This document shows positions 49,700 through 59,773 of a stretch of 64,000 bases of DNA, piece by piece; the stretch's first letter is position 1; every line of letters begins with the position of its first letter. Under the pieces are notes generated by a model that was not told the DNA's origin, did not search any database, and saw nothing but the letters and a program-made list of their open reading frames with translations. A program made the translations under genes and the position numbers. Origin of the DNA: Candidatus Poribacteria bacterium (lineage in GTDB: Bacteria > Poribacteria > WGA-4E > WGA-3G); NCBI GenBank assembly GCA_965215265.1, contig OZ244048.1, positions 4,769,178 to 4,833,177 of the forward strand. Reading direction: 5' to 3'.

Positions 49700-50650
49700 A
49701 TGAACAAGCAAACTTTTATCTGTTTTCTGATTTTGACAGTTTTTACGTTTTCCATTTCCATTTTTACACCGGCGACGGTTTTCGGACAGCAACGTTCTCT
49801 TGCACAACGTGTTTTTGACAAATACGAGCAAACGCTGCTGCGAGAAGATATTCGAGAGATACTCCCGGATGTTTTAGGGACGCTTAAGCAACCTAAGATC
49901 CAAGAACTCTTGACTCCGCTTACCATAAATCTGGTGGTTAACCAGCCAGAACTACTAAGGGAATTTGCTCCGGATATAGACATTAAGTTCATTAATTTAC
50001 TGAAAGAGGATAAGGCGGTTAAAACAGTTATCAGGGATTCATTGGTTCAAACGCTGATACAGCGACCCGCTGCGCTAACTGAACTTTCGCGGTTGATTGA
50101 GAATGCCGAAAAATCACCCGAGGAGCCTGAAACATCCGTAGAGCCTGAAACATCCGTAGAGCCTGAAACATCCGTAGAGCCTGAAACATCCGTAGAGCCT
50201 GAAACATCCGTAGAGCCTGAAACATCCGTAGAGCCTGAAATACCCGCAGAACCTGAAACATCTGCAGAACCTGAAATACCCGCAGAACCTGAAACATCTG
50301 CAGAGCCTGAAACATCCGTAGAGCCTGAAACATCCGTAGAGCCTGAAACATCCGTAGAGCCTGAAATACCCACAGAGCCTGAAATACCCGCAGAACCTGA
50401 AACATCTGCAGAACCTGAAATACCCGCAGAACCTGAAACATCTGCAGAGCCTGAAATACCCGCAGAGCCTGAAATACCCGCAGAGCCAATAGATCCAAAC
50501 GATGATGGAACGGTCAACATTTTAGATCTGGCATTCGTCGTTAAATATTTCGGGCAGTCTGTTACAAATGAGAATAGAGGTGCAGACGTAAATAAGGATG
50601 GTTCGATTAACATTCTGGATTTAAGGCTCGTCGCGCAGAATCTAGATTAA
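49700..50650 (+). CDS. Secreted protein with Pro/Glu stalk and C-terminal dockerin-like domain
   Basis: Signal peptide after AGGAG RBS; 20 EPE(T/I)xx repeats; DPNDDGTVNILDL...DVNKDGSINILDL. Confidence 0.8.
   Translation: MNKQTFICFLILTVFTFSISIFTPATVFGQQRSLAQRVFDKYEQTLLREDIREILPDVLGTLKQPKIQELLTPLTINLVVNQPELLREFAPDIDIKFINLLKEDKAVKTVIRDSLVQTLIQRPAALTELSRLIENAEKSPEEPETSVEPETSVEPETSVEPETSVEPETSVEPETSVEPEIPAEPETSAEPEIPAEPETSAEPETSVEPETSVEPETSVEPEIPTEPEIPAEPETSAEPEIPAEPETSAEPEIPAEPEIPAEPIDPNDDGTVNILDLAFVVKYFGQSVTNENRGADVNKDGSINILDLRLVAQNLD
50123..50482 (+). repeat. Coding minisatellite, 20 x 18 bp
   Basis: GAGCCTGAAACATCCGTA and variants in tandem, no spacers. Confidence 0.97.
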
Positions 50651-50733
50651 AGACACTGCTGATGAGAGTCCCGCCAAGTTGATAAGGTGGGGAGGCAAGT
50701 GCCTCGGTTTTGTTATTTTGGAGGATCGAATTT

Positions 50734-52110
50734 TTGCGCAATATCATCCTTATCTCCTTAGATACGCTACGTGCATCCAGCATGAGTTGTTACGGGCATA
50801 GTGACCTGACAACACCTCATCTGGATGCATTGGCAGCAAAATCAACGCTCTTTGAAAACTGTATCAGTCCGCATATTCCTACACATCCTGCGCATACAAC
50901 GATGTTCACTGGAAAAGATGTGTTGACGCATCAAATCATCACACAAGGCGGGCAGCTTGATTTGGCAACGACAGTGAAAACGGTGCCGGAATTGCTGAGC
51001 GAAGTAGGATATTTCACCGTGGCGGCGGATAATTTAGGGCGTTGGTTTCAGCGCGGTTTTTCAGAGGGACACTATCGCGGATATCAGTGGGAGAGTCGTT
51101 ACCGCAGCACACGTAAGGCGGAAGCGGTTAACGATACGGCGATTGAACTTTTAGAAATTGCGCAAGCCCAAGATAAACCGTGGTTCGCGTTCTTGCACTA
51201 TTGGGATGCGCATACGCCATATTTGCCGCCGCCGCCGTTTGAGAGAATGTTTTATAGCGGGGATGAGTGCGATGCGGACAATCGGAGTATGGATGCAGTG
51301 TACGCATGCGAACCGTTCACTGACTATTTCCGGCAGTGGATGTGCAAACCAGACCCGATTGATTCGGACAACCTCGCTAAAAAGAAACTGTGGACAGATA
51401 GACGGTACGTCAACGCACAGTACCATGCCTCCATTGCGTACATGGATGCATGTCTCGCGCAACTCTTTCAATACCTCCGCGATTGTGGGCAGCTGGAAGA
51501 GACGCTTCTCATCATTACTGCAGACCACGGTGAAGAATTGGATGAGCATGAACTCTGGTACGACCATCACGGACTCTACCAAACTAACTGCCACGTGCCC
51601 TTAATTGTTCATTGTCCAGCTTTGATTCCTGCAGGACAACGGCTAGACGGCTTGGTCAGCCTTAAGGATATTGCCCCCACGGTTTTGGATTATGCGAGCC
51701 ACGCTGCACTCACTGAACACGAGAATATAGAAGGCTCAAGTCTACGGACATTAATGGAGCACGGTAGCCACAATGGCACAACAGAAGCGATTTACCTCAC
51801 TGAATGCGGATGGATGAAAAAGCGAGGATGGCAGACGAAGCAGTGGAAGCTGATTGTTGAAACAGGCAGTACACCGGCTGTTTATAATACACCAGAGCTA
51901 GAACTCTACGATCTGGAAGATGATCCAGACGAAGTCTACAATCTGGCTGAAGAAGCAGACGATGTTGTGAAGCGGTTACGGGATGATATGGACGTTTTCC
52001 TGCAAAACCGGCTCGCTGAGACCGGGCTGCCCGATCCGATGGTAGAGCAGGACATTACCATGCGGCGAATCGGCGATAAAACAAAAGCCGTTCCTCTTAA
52101 GGAGAATTAG
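50734..52110 (+). CDS. Sulfatase / alkaline phosphatase superfamily hydrolase
   Basis: NIILISLDTLRA, TPHLDALA, PTHPAHTTMFTG, HYWDAHTPY, TADHGE, ELYDLEDDPDE. Confidence 0.88.
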   Translation: MRNIILISLDTLRASSMSCYGHSDLTTPHLDALAAKSTLFENCISPHIPTHPAHTTMFTGKDVLTHQIITQGGQLDLATTVKTVPELLSEVGYFTVAADNLGRWFQRGFSEGHYRGYQWESRYRSTRKAEAVNDTAIELLEIAQAQDKPWFAFLHYWDAHTPYLPPPPFERMFYSGDECDADNRSMDAVYACEPFTDYFRQWMCKPDPIDSDNLAKKKLWTDRRYVNAQYHASIAYMDACLAQLFQYLRDCGQLEETLLIITADHGEELDEHELWYDHHGLYQTNCHVPLIVHCPALIPAGQRLDGLVSLKDIAPTVLDYASHAALTEHENIEGSSLRTLMEHGSHNGTTEAIYLTECGWMKKRGWQTKQWKLIVETGSTPAVYNTPELELYDLEDDPDEVYNLAEEADDVVKRLRDDMDVFLQNRLAETGLPDPMVEQDITMRRIGDKTKAVPLKEN

Positions 52111-52111
52111 A

Positions 52112-53152
52112 ATGATAGGCAACACTGGTGTATTAGCGATTTTCCGAACGCAGTTCATAATTCTTAACCTCTTTCTCGTAAACTCGCTGCTTTTTAGTGG
52201 TTGTAGCACACTCCAAGAAGCACAGCAGCGGAGAGAAGCACGTCTCTTTGAAGAGAGAAACACAAAAATGCTGATGCTGGTCCCTACGGATGCAAATATT
52301 CAGATCGAACCAGATGCTCTATTTGGGGCAAGCGACCACTATACCGTCACATTTGCCGAAGATTTGCAGATGCACAAGGATTTTGACGAAGTAACGGAGC
52401 GACGCGAATTCGCACAGAGCGCGCTCGGCTATATGGAGAGCCTCTACGCTGCAATGAATGAGTACTTCGGATTTCAACCGCAGCATCAAATTCACGTAAC
52501 GTTTCACGATGTTTATCGAGGAACAAGACATGCAGCAACTACAGGAACGAGTTATGATCGACGGTACCAAGGTGGCAGATATCTGAAAGTGGTGACAGGC
52601 ATCAAAATGGATTATCCAATTGCTATGTATGAACAACACCATGTGAGAGCACACGAACTCACACACGCTTTTACCAATATCTATTTCTTACCCGTTTGGT
52701 TTTCAGAGGGGCTTGCTAGTCTCATTCAGGTGGAGTATGCCAAAGGCGGCTCGCATCAGAAACTCGATCTTCAGCACAATTTAAAATTGAATCTTAACGG
52801 TGTCAATGCACTTGAGGATTGGCAGGGGCACACTGGAGATAGTCCTTTGACAGGCGGTCCGATGACGCGTTGGCGATATAACTATTCTTACTCTATCGTT
52901 TCAAAACTTCGTGAAGACTATGGTGACGATTTTTATATCAAAGTCTTTCAATTCATGGAAGCGGATGGACTTCACCAAAAACTGCCGGGCAATATGAATA
53001 CCAGTTTTCTTGTTTACTACTTAAGCAAAGCCGCCGGGGTTGACCTGGTGCCATTCTTTAAAGAATGGCAGTTTCAAGTGCGAAAATTGGAAAAAGCGGA
53101 TATTCTTAAAGCCATTGAGGCCTGGAATCATCCACGTCATGGAGGAAACTGA
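52112..53152 (+). CDS. Lipoprotein with gluzincin metallopeptidase motif
   Basis: Lipobox FSGC; AHELTH...PVWFSEGLA. Confidence 0.7.
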   Translation: MIGNTGVLAIFRTQFIILNLFLVNSLLFSGCSTLQEAQQRREARLFEERNTKMLMLVPTDANIQIEPDALFGASDHYTVTFAEDLQMHKDFDEVTERREFAQSALGYMESLYAAMNEYFGFQPQHQIHVTFHDVYRGTRHAATTGTSYDRRYQGGRYLKVVTGIKMDYPIAMYEQHHVRAHELTHAFTNIYFLPVWFSEGLASLIQVEYAKGGSHQKLDLQHNLKLNLNGVNALEDWQGHTGDSPLTGGPMTRWRYNYSYSIVSKLREDYGDDFYIKVFQFMEADGLHQKLPGNMNTSFLVYYLSKAAGVDLVPFFKEWQFQVRKLEKADILKAIEAWNHPRHGGN

Positions 53153-53841
53153 TGGAACAATCACAGTACATTGTGTCTCTGCATGATAAGGTATCTGCAA
53201 GCTGCAGGTTGCAGTGCGTTAAATTGCCGAAAGTCATCCGTTGGGAGTTTCTGATGGCGAAAATCCAACTCTTAGTGCTAATCAGCCTGCCTCTGTTCCA
53301 CAGTTGTATAGCGGGACAACAGTGGAGCGAAAACTACGCACGTCTCCCCGGTGCCAAAGCAAACGACCCTGCTATTATTGATGGCAAACTTGAAACCATC
53401 GGACAATCTCAACGGAAAAAAGGGTCCGGTAGTGTAGTGACGGATCTCGACATTCCATCAGAGGCGATTATCTTCTTACCAGAGAAAAAGGCAATTTATA
53501 GAATTGTGATTCATTCTCCTAACTTAGAGGAATTCGCCCTGATGGCATTAGACTCACAAGGAGAATGGGATAAATTCTACGATCAACGCAGCAACAAAAA
53601 GCATGTCCTTGACATCTCGCTCAAACGGATTATCCGTACAACCGGTATTAAACTTGTGGTTCGGCGCACGACGGAAGATGCCGCCAAAAAGCGGGAGAAT
53701 GTTCAACTCAGACGCGAAAACGTTCAAACCGCAGATGGAAAAACGCGACGCGGACGTTACTTATACCATATCACTGGACCAACAACCGCCCTTGCGAAAA
53801 TTGCTGAGATTGAGTTGTACGGTTACGCCTCTAACAGGTAA
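53152..53841 (+). CDS. Hypothetical lipoprotein (beta-sandwich/discoidin-like)
   Basis: FHSC lipobox after internal Met; IDGKLET and IAEIELYG termini; start uncertain. Confidence 0.5.
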   Translation: MEQSQYIVSLHDKVSASCRLQCVKLPKVIRWEFLMAKIQLLVLISLPLFHSCIAGQQWSENYARLPGAKANDPAIIDGKLETIGQSQRKKGSGSVVTDLDIPSEAIIFLPEKKAIYRIVIHSPNLEEFALMALDSQGEWDKFYDQRSNKKHVLDISLKRIIRTTGIKLVVRRTTEDAAKKRENVQLRRENVQTADGKTRRGRYLYHITGPTTALAKIAEIELYGYASNR

Positions 53842-53970
53842 GTCCGAGGTAGGTTCGTGCCCGTGCAATGAATTGTCCATTGGTTCTTTTCTATTTTTCG
53901 CTGAATATGGCGTGAGCGTTCTTGTAGGCATCTCGACAAAACTTTTTGGTCATTTCTCCGGAGTAGCTCC

Positions 53971-55137
53971 ATGCAATCCAATCGCCTCCAGAAGTACTTA
54001 GACCGTTACCTCGGCATTCCCCTGAACCTTTTGCTAGGTGGTTTCCAGCCTCGTGCACCGATACCTGCAGTTCAACGGGAACTTAATAAGATTCTGTTCA
54101 TCCAAATTTCTGCTTTGGGTGACACAATTCTTGCCGTGCCAACACTCCGTGCAGTACGAAACGGCTACCCTAATGCAGAGATAACAGTGTTAGGCTCACC
54201 GACAAACCTTACCTATTTAGCGCACTGCCCTTATGTTGATAAACGGATCGTCTTTCGTGGCATCACACGTCTAGAGGGAGCGCGGTTGATTTCTGTGCTC
54301 CGCCGTGAGCGGTTTGATTTGGCAATTGACCTAGAGCATTGGCCACGACTGAGCGCCCTGCTCGCCTATGCCAGTGGTGCATCGACACGCATCGGCTTCA
54401 GTGCTGATGCCCAGCACCGACACTTCCTCTTTACGGAGGTAGTACCGCACATTCCGGGACGACACGAAGTACTTAACTTTTTAGACATTGCACATCGGCT
54501 TGAGTGTCCAACGCACGAAACACATCTAGAAGTCTGGGTAAATGAAACAGAGCAAGCATGGGTGCAGGATACCTTGGTTCAAGAAGTTGGCGCGCTCTGC
54601 TCAAAGTATCCAATCGTCGTGCTTCATCCGGAAGCAGGGAGACGAGGTGAACCGCGCAGACGTTGGCCCCACAAATTCTATATTGAAGTGGCAGAGACAC
54701 TCGTTGCACGTTATAATGCCCAAATTATTTTAACAGGCACGCCTGATGAAGTGGATGTCTCCCAACAGATAGCGACTGGCACAAAACATCGAACCGTTGT
54801 CCTCACCGGTAAGACTAGCGTCAACCAACTGGCGGCCCTTTTCGCACGTGCGGATTTGGTCTTGAGTGGCAATTGCGGTCCGATGCATTTAGCTGCAGCG
54901 ACTGGAACGCCTATTATTGCATTACATGGTCCTACCAATTCAGCACAGTGGGGTCCATGGGCATCCAGAATCACGAATCTTCATCCACGGGGGTTTTCGT
55001 GTAGTCCTTGTCTTAATTTAGGGTTTGAATATGCTTGCGAGGCGTTGCCGGATGGCACGTCCCCATGTATGCATACCATTAAGGTCCGGGCAGTGTTGCA
55101 AGCATGTGAGCTGTATTTGGGAAGAGTGCGACATTAG
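53971..55137 (+). CDS. GT9 glycosyltransferase (LPS heptosyltransferase-like)
   Basis: SALGDTILAVP, RRRWP, GPMHLAAATGTPIIALHGPT. Confidence 0.92.
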   Translation: MQSNRLQKYLDRYLGIPLNLLLGGFQPRAPIPAVQRELNKILFIQISALGDTILAVPTLRAVRNGYPNAEITVLGSPTNLTYLAHCPYVDKRIVFRGITRLEGARLISVLRRERFDLAIDLEHWPRLSALLAYASGASTRIGFSADAQHRHFLFTEVVPHIPGRHEVLNFLDIAHRLECPTHETHLEVWVNETEQAWVQDTLVQEVGALCSKYPIVVLHPEAGRRGEPRRRWPHKFYIEVAETLVARYNAQIILTGTPDEVDVSQQIATGTKHRTVVLTGKTSVNQLAALFARADLVLSGNCGPMHLAAATGTPIIALHGPTNSAQWGPWASRITNLHPRGFSCSPCLNLGFEYACEALPDGTSPCMHTIKVRAVLQACELYLGRVRH

Positions 55138-55338
55138 GTAGTTTTAACTTCACAGTTGCAAGTGGTTTTGAATGGCACGCAAACCAGCATTTGGCCCCTG
55201 TCATATCTGTGTAACGCATCCGAAGTTCACAGACGGAAACCCAAAATAGAAAACTAAATAGCCTTGGTGATACGTTTTAGGAGCATTGGCAGACGCATGG
55301 AGTTCTCCTGTCAATTTTCAGCGTCTTCTGACATACGG

Positions 55339-56598
55339 TTATGTATCAGTTCGGAGTGCATTTATAGGGGAAAGCCGGGCTGCCCGCATCGCAGGATAGA
55401 CGCCAAACCCAATTCCCATGAAGATTGAGAATATTACTGAAATCAGTATCCACCGTACGGATACTATCACCGGCCACACCGGCACAACGCGTGCAATGTG
55501 CACCGCAAGCTGCGCCATTCCGTGTGCAGCTATCCATCCAAGTCCGAGGCCCGGGATTGTTCCACAGAGACAGAGACAGATGGATTCGGTTAAGAATTGG
55601 AAGAAAATATCCATTCGTTTTGCGCCGACAGATTTTCGCAATCCTATCTCGCGCGTTTTTTCGCCGACTGAGACAAGACTGATGTTCATGATACCGATTC
55701 CGCTCACAAAAAGTGAAAAGCCTGCGATGCCCCCTAGTGTGATTTTTATGACTTTTTCAATGTGGTTGAGCCGCTTGAGCGTCCATCTCACTGTCCAAGC
55801 GTCAACAAATTCATCGGTATTTCGGTGTCGTTTGCGAATGACAGCACGTGCGGACGCGATGACTGTATCTATATCCGCGTCTTCTTTGATGAAAACGGTA
55901 AGTCGTTCGACGTAGTTACGCCCTGAAATTCGTTGACGGTAGGTGGAGATAGGGATACAGACAATATCATCAAGTGACCAGGCGGTGCGGATGTTCCGGC
56001 CGCGCTGTGCCATTACACCAACGACGCGGCACCTCACGGAGTGCTGCCAATAATAGCGTATCTTTATCTCTTGTCCTATTGGTGATTCTTCGCCAAACAG
56101 TTCGGTGGCGACTTCGGCGCCGAGCACACAGACCTGCATTGCTGTATCAATATCTCCTTCAGACAGAAATCTACCTTCTTTAATGTTCCAGCGCATTCCT
56201 TGTGCGTAGTCTTCTGTTACGCCTTCTAGAGTTGCACGTGCTTGGGCACCGCTTGGACTGAGGAAGAGAACATGCCCTCTCTCATTTTTCGGGAGTACGA
56301 AGCGCACGTTTAAACATTCTGCTTCAATGGCACGTGCGTCTGCAATGTTAAACCGCTCCTTTGTTTTGACGCGCCGCCCATTTCGGTAAATTACGGTGCG
56401 TGTGGCGAATTGAAATTGATTTTTCCCGCCTAATTTGTCAATGTCATCTGTGATGATCTGTTTTGCACCATCACTGATAGCTAGCATGCAGAATACGCTG
56501 GCAATGCCGATGAGAATACCGAGGATGGACAATCCGGTCCGGAGTCTATTTTGGGAGAGGGGCGCGATACCCTCTATTATAGCATCATGGCATTTCAT
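55339..56598 (-). CDS. MacB/FtsX-family ABC transporter permease
   Basis: NRLRTGLSILGILIGIASV, GRFL, GIGIMNI..SVGEKTREIGLRKSVGA, GVYPAMRAARLSPINALR. Confidence 0.92.
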   Translation of the reverse strand: MKCHDAIIEGIAPLSQNRLRTGLSILGILIGIASVFCMLAISDGAKQIITDDIDKLGGKNQFQFATRTVIYRNGRRVKTKERFNIADARAIEAECLNVRFVLPKNERGHVLFLSPSGAQARATLEGVTEDYAQGMRWNIKEGRFLSEGDIDTAMQVCVLGAEVATELFGEESPIGQEIKIRYYWQHSVRCRVVGVMAQRGRNIRTAWSLDDIVCIPISTYRQRISGRNYVERLTVFIKEDADIDTVIASARAVIRKRHRNTDEFVDAWTVRWTLKRLNHIEKVIKITLGGIAGFSLFVSGIGIMNISLVSVGEKTREIGLRKSVGAKRMDIFFQFLTESICLCLCGTIPGLGLGWIAAHGMAQLAVHIARVVPVWPVIVSVRWILISVIFSIFMGIGFGVYPAMRAARLSPINALRTDT

Positions 56599-57033
56599 CA
56601 GGTAATTCCTTGGAAGAAGACTGTTGCAAACAAGTGTTCGCTTCTTCTATAGGAACCGAATAGATGGTGCGTTTGTCGGTTTGGCTCGTCAATAGAACAG
56701 GTAGGGGGTATTCGCGGAACGATACGAGGTAGGGACTCCCCCCGGCTTTACGCACATGTGCTGCTTTTTCTTTCCACACATTGGGACTGTGAAAAGGATG
56801 GGCTGTCTTTGAGATAAGGAACATAAGTCGCAAATGATCATCGGTATTTCGGTGCTCTGTTGAATCTATTTCCACCATCAATAGAACCGAGAGATCGGTG
56901 TCCCAAATGACAGAGTTTCAGTATCCCGGAGGACAGAATTACGACAAAAAGCAGCACATGACAGCACACCGGAGCAAGTGTGAGGTCTGTCTTCATGTCT
57001 CGCCAGCCCACTGAGATGTGGGGAATAAACTTG

Positions 57034-59082
57034 TTAGCCATTCTTCAAGTAAGGTGTTATATTCCACAAATAAATCACCCCGTCAAACCCGCCGCTCGCT
57101 AGCAGCTGATTATCGGGCGAAAAGGCGACAGATTCCACATCGCTTTTGTGCCCCGAAAATTCAGTGATACGTCGTGCTGTCTCCACATTCCAGATTTGGA
57201 TGCACTGCTCCGGCCAGGTTCCGCCGATGGCGAGGTACGCTCCATCGTGCGAAAATGAGAAGGATTCAACCCTGACGGTATCAAGTGTGGCGAGTGTTTG
57301 CCATGTCTTTGTGCACCATAATATGACAGTTTTGTCGGTGCTTGTGGCGACGGTTTTTCCATCGGGCGAAAATGTAACCACGCGGACCTGCTGAGGGTGT
57401 TTGAGGGTAGCGATGTTTTGGCCTGTAGCAACTTCCCAGACGTTAGCAGTTGTATCAACAGGGCTATCTCCGGAGAGAAAAAAGTGAACAATGCCGTCAT
57501 CACCCTCTTTTATTTCCCAATTGTCACCCCCTCCACTCACCAGAAAAGTTCCATCAGGTGAGAATGCGAGAGAATTAATTTGCCCAATATGTCCAGATAG
57601 CGTTTGACAGCATTCCTGCGTTTCTACACACCAAAGTTTAACCGTTCCCTCTCTGCCTCCGGCCGCCACAAGACTGCTATCAGCTGAGACTGTGGCGGAC
57701 ATAACTTCCTCTTCGGGGATGAAGAGAATCGTTTGGAAGCCATCCCACAACTTGAGAGTATCTTCTACTTTGCTTATCCCAACGCAGCGTCCTTCGGATG
57801 AAAAAACTAGCTCCATCTTGTAGCCGGTAACATTTTTGAGCGTTTTGTGAGTGCCCCCAGTGTGAACATCCCACAACGCGATTGTGCCGTGCTGGTTCAT
57901 GCCGGCTAGGAGCTGGCCATCAGGTGAAAAACTGACATGATGCCAACCCCAATCATCCTGTGAATGCGGTAAGATGCCAAGTAGTTGTTTGTCAACAGAC
58001 CAGATTTCAACAGCAGAATCGGTACCTACAAGGAGAGTCCTGTTAGACAAGTACTGCAGGGCGTTCACACGACCAAGTCCCGTTAAGGAGGTGACATTTT
58101 CCGCACTTTTAACCTGCCACACATTGACAATTCCATCGGCACTGCCTGTTGCAAAAAGCGAACTATCCTCCGAAAACGCAATCGCTTCAACCGATTTGTC
58201 ATGAGTCACAGTTAATCCGGGTTTCCCGGTTGCAATCTCCCACAAGTGCACTTGCCCATCCCGTGCCCCGGTCGCAATATACTCGCCAGTCGGTGAAAAT
58301 ACCAAGGTTTCGACCGATGCTTCATGGGTAATTGTCCAAAGCTGCTTTCCGGTTCCAACCTCCCAGAGTCGTGTACTTTTGTCCATAAGTCTACCGCTCG
58401 TTGCAAAATGGAGTCCATCCGGGGAAAAGGCGATGTACTGGATTCCGCCGTCATTGAAATTCGCAACATTTCCTGAGGAAAAGGTCACGGATTCTTCCTG
58501 ACTCGGATGGGAAAAGGTTTCCAGATGTTTTCCGGTCGCTATATCCCACAAGGTAGCCGTCCCATCCCAACTTCCTGTAGCCACCTGCCGGCCATCTGAA
58601 GAGAAAAGCACGTTTGTGACACTATCTTCATGGTTGATTGTAAAGAGTGCTTCCTCAGTAGCAACATCCCACAGTGTAGCACTCCGGTCGCGGCTCCCCG
58701 TAGCCAAATATTTGCCATCGTTAGAAAACGCGATTGAAATAACATAATCCTTGTGAGCGAATGTAGCCAGTTCTGCTCCGGTATCAATGTCCCACAACTT
58801 CGTGAGACCGTCCCAATCTCCTGTTACGATTTGAGAACTGTCAGGCGAAAAGGCAATTTTTGAAAGGATGCCTGTCCCTTCAACAGCAATCAAAGACAAA
58901 AAGTCGTATGTATGCGAATTGTAGAGCCATACCCCGATACGTGATGCGACAGCGATCAAGGTTCTGTCTGGCGATAGCTTAGGGGCAGTGACACGACTTT
59001 TTCCAAATCGAGCCAAGGCGTTAGGTGGGAAATAAAGGGAGTTGTCTTGTGGATAATCGCTCGAAAAAAAATCCTTGGACAT
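57034..59082 (-). CDS. WD40 repeat protein
   Basis: More than 12 repeats of the FSPDG..LA(T/S)G..DG...LW(D/N/E) type. Confidence 0.93.
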   Translation of the reverse strand: MSKDFFSSDYPQDNSLYFPPNALARFGKSRVTAPKLSPDRTLIAVASRIGVWLYNSHTYDFLSLIAVEGTGILSKIAFSPDSSQIVTGDWDGLTKLWDIDTGAELATFAHKDYVISIAFSNDGKYLATGSRDRSATLWDVATEEALFTINHEDSVTNVLFSSDGRQVATGSWDGTATLWDIATGKHLETFSHPSQEESVTFSSGNVANFNDGGIQYIAFSPDGLHFATSGRLMDKSTRLWEVGTGKQLWTITHEASVETLVFSPTGEYIATGARDGQVHLWEIATGKPGLTVTHDKSVEAIAFSEDSSLFATGSADGIVNVWQVKSAENVTSLTGLGRVNALQYLSNRTLLVGTDSAVEIWSVDKQLLGILPHSQDDWGWHHVSFSPDGQLLAGMNQHGTIALWDVHTGGTHKTLKNVTGYKMELVFSSEGRCVGISKVEDTLKLWDGFQTILFIPEEEVMSATVSADSSLVAAGGREGTVKLWCVETQECCQTLSGHIGQINSLAFSPDGTFLVSGGGDNWEIKEGDDGIVHFFLSGDSPVDTTANVWEVATGQNIATLKHPQQVRVVTFSPDGKTVATSTDKTVILWCTKTWQTLATLDTVRVESFSFSHDGAYLAIGGTWPEQCIQIWNVETARRITEFSGHKSDVESVAFSPDNQLLASGGFDGVIYLWNITPYLKNG

Positions 59083-59404
59083 ATCATGAACTCACATCGT
59101 AGTATTCGTTGTTTGAAATGTTCCAGACTCATTCTTGTACAACACATGCCGGACTTACACACCTCTACAGACTTTGCAAAAGGTTATTTTAATGATACCA
59201 TCTGAAAAAGGGGTTGTCAAGTTAAAATGAAAAAAGTCACTTACCCCCATTTTGGGGGGGGAGTAGTCTATGTCTGATATTGTTAGGTTTGTCTGTGAGA
59301 AAAGCAGTGCTCTTGTATCACCTCAGAATGGATCTTCTCTGTGGTGGCTCTGGGTGAAAAACAAGATAAGGAAGGGTTGATTCCATAAATCCGTGAGAAA
59401 GGGC

Positions 59405-59433
59405 TTGACAATTCGGCAAAAATTTTCTATACT
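59405..59433 (+). promoter_or_regulatory. Consensus sigma-70 promoter positioned to give a leaderless transcript
   Basis: TTGACA-17-TATACT; ATG at 59440 begins 6 nt after the -10 box, with no RBS. Confidence 0.7.
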
Positions 59434-59439
59434 TGAGAT

Positions 59440-59640
59440 ATGCAAATTCGCCTCAGGCACATACTCGTCTATACTACGCCAAGCGGACGTAGTCCTTATC
59501 GGCAAGGGTACACGCGGATTAAAGATGAAAAGGTGAAGATAAATATCTCTCATAGAATTGGACGTTTACGAGCAGGTAACTTTGGCGATTTCAAGCAACT
59601 GAGCACGGATTTATATGAATTGAGAATCTACTACGGTTTT
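59440..59640 (+). pseudogene. Truncated RelE/HigB-like (addiction module killer) toxin
   Basis: YTTPSGRSPY...RIGRLRAGNFGDFK...YELRIYYG; the expected PGYRVY continuation is missing; no antitoxin gene follows. Confidence 0.7.
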
Positions 59641-59773
59641 CGTGTCAACCATCCATTGCAATTGGATAAAAGGTTAGATATTCTCTCAGGGTTAAAGGAG
59701 TGCCTGCACATAAATCCGCCTGAGGAAACACCTTCTATGGCACATGAAAAATCTGAACATTCGGAGGAACACG

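Noticed and set aside
50123-50482. Possible CRISPR array
   Set aside because: 18-bp units are contiguous with no unique spacers and encode an in-frame EPETSV repeat; no cas genes.
50031-50613. Minus-strand repetitive ORFs (QALRMF / GSTDVS repeats)
   Set aside because: Shadows of the plus-strand minisatellite.
56585-57041. Two short ORFs between the WD40 and MacB-like genes
   Set aside because: No recognisable motifs or RBS; may be non-coding or decayed.
59640-59760. GTCAAC-starting segment as an IS200/IS605 end or omegaRNA
   Set aside because: No matching GTTGAC stem and no TnpA/TnpB/IscB ORF; kept only as a junction.
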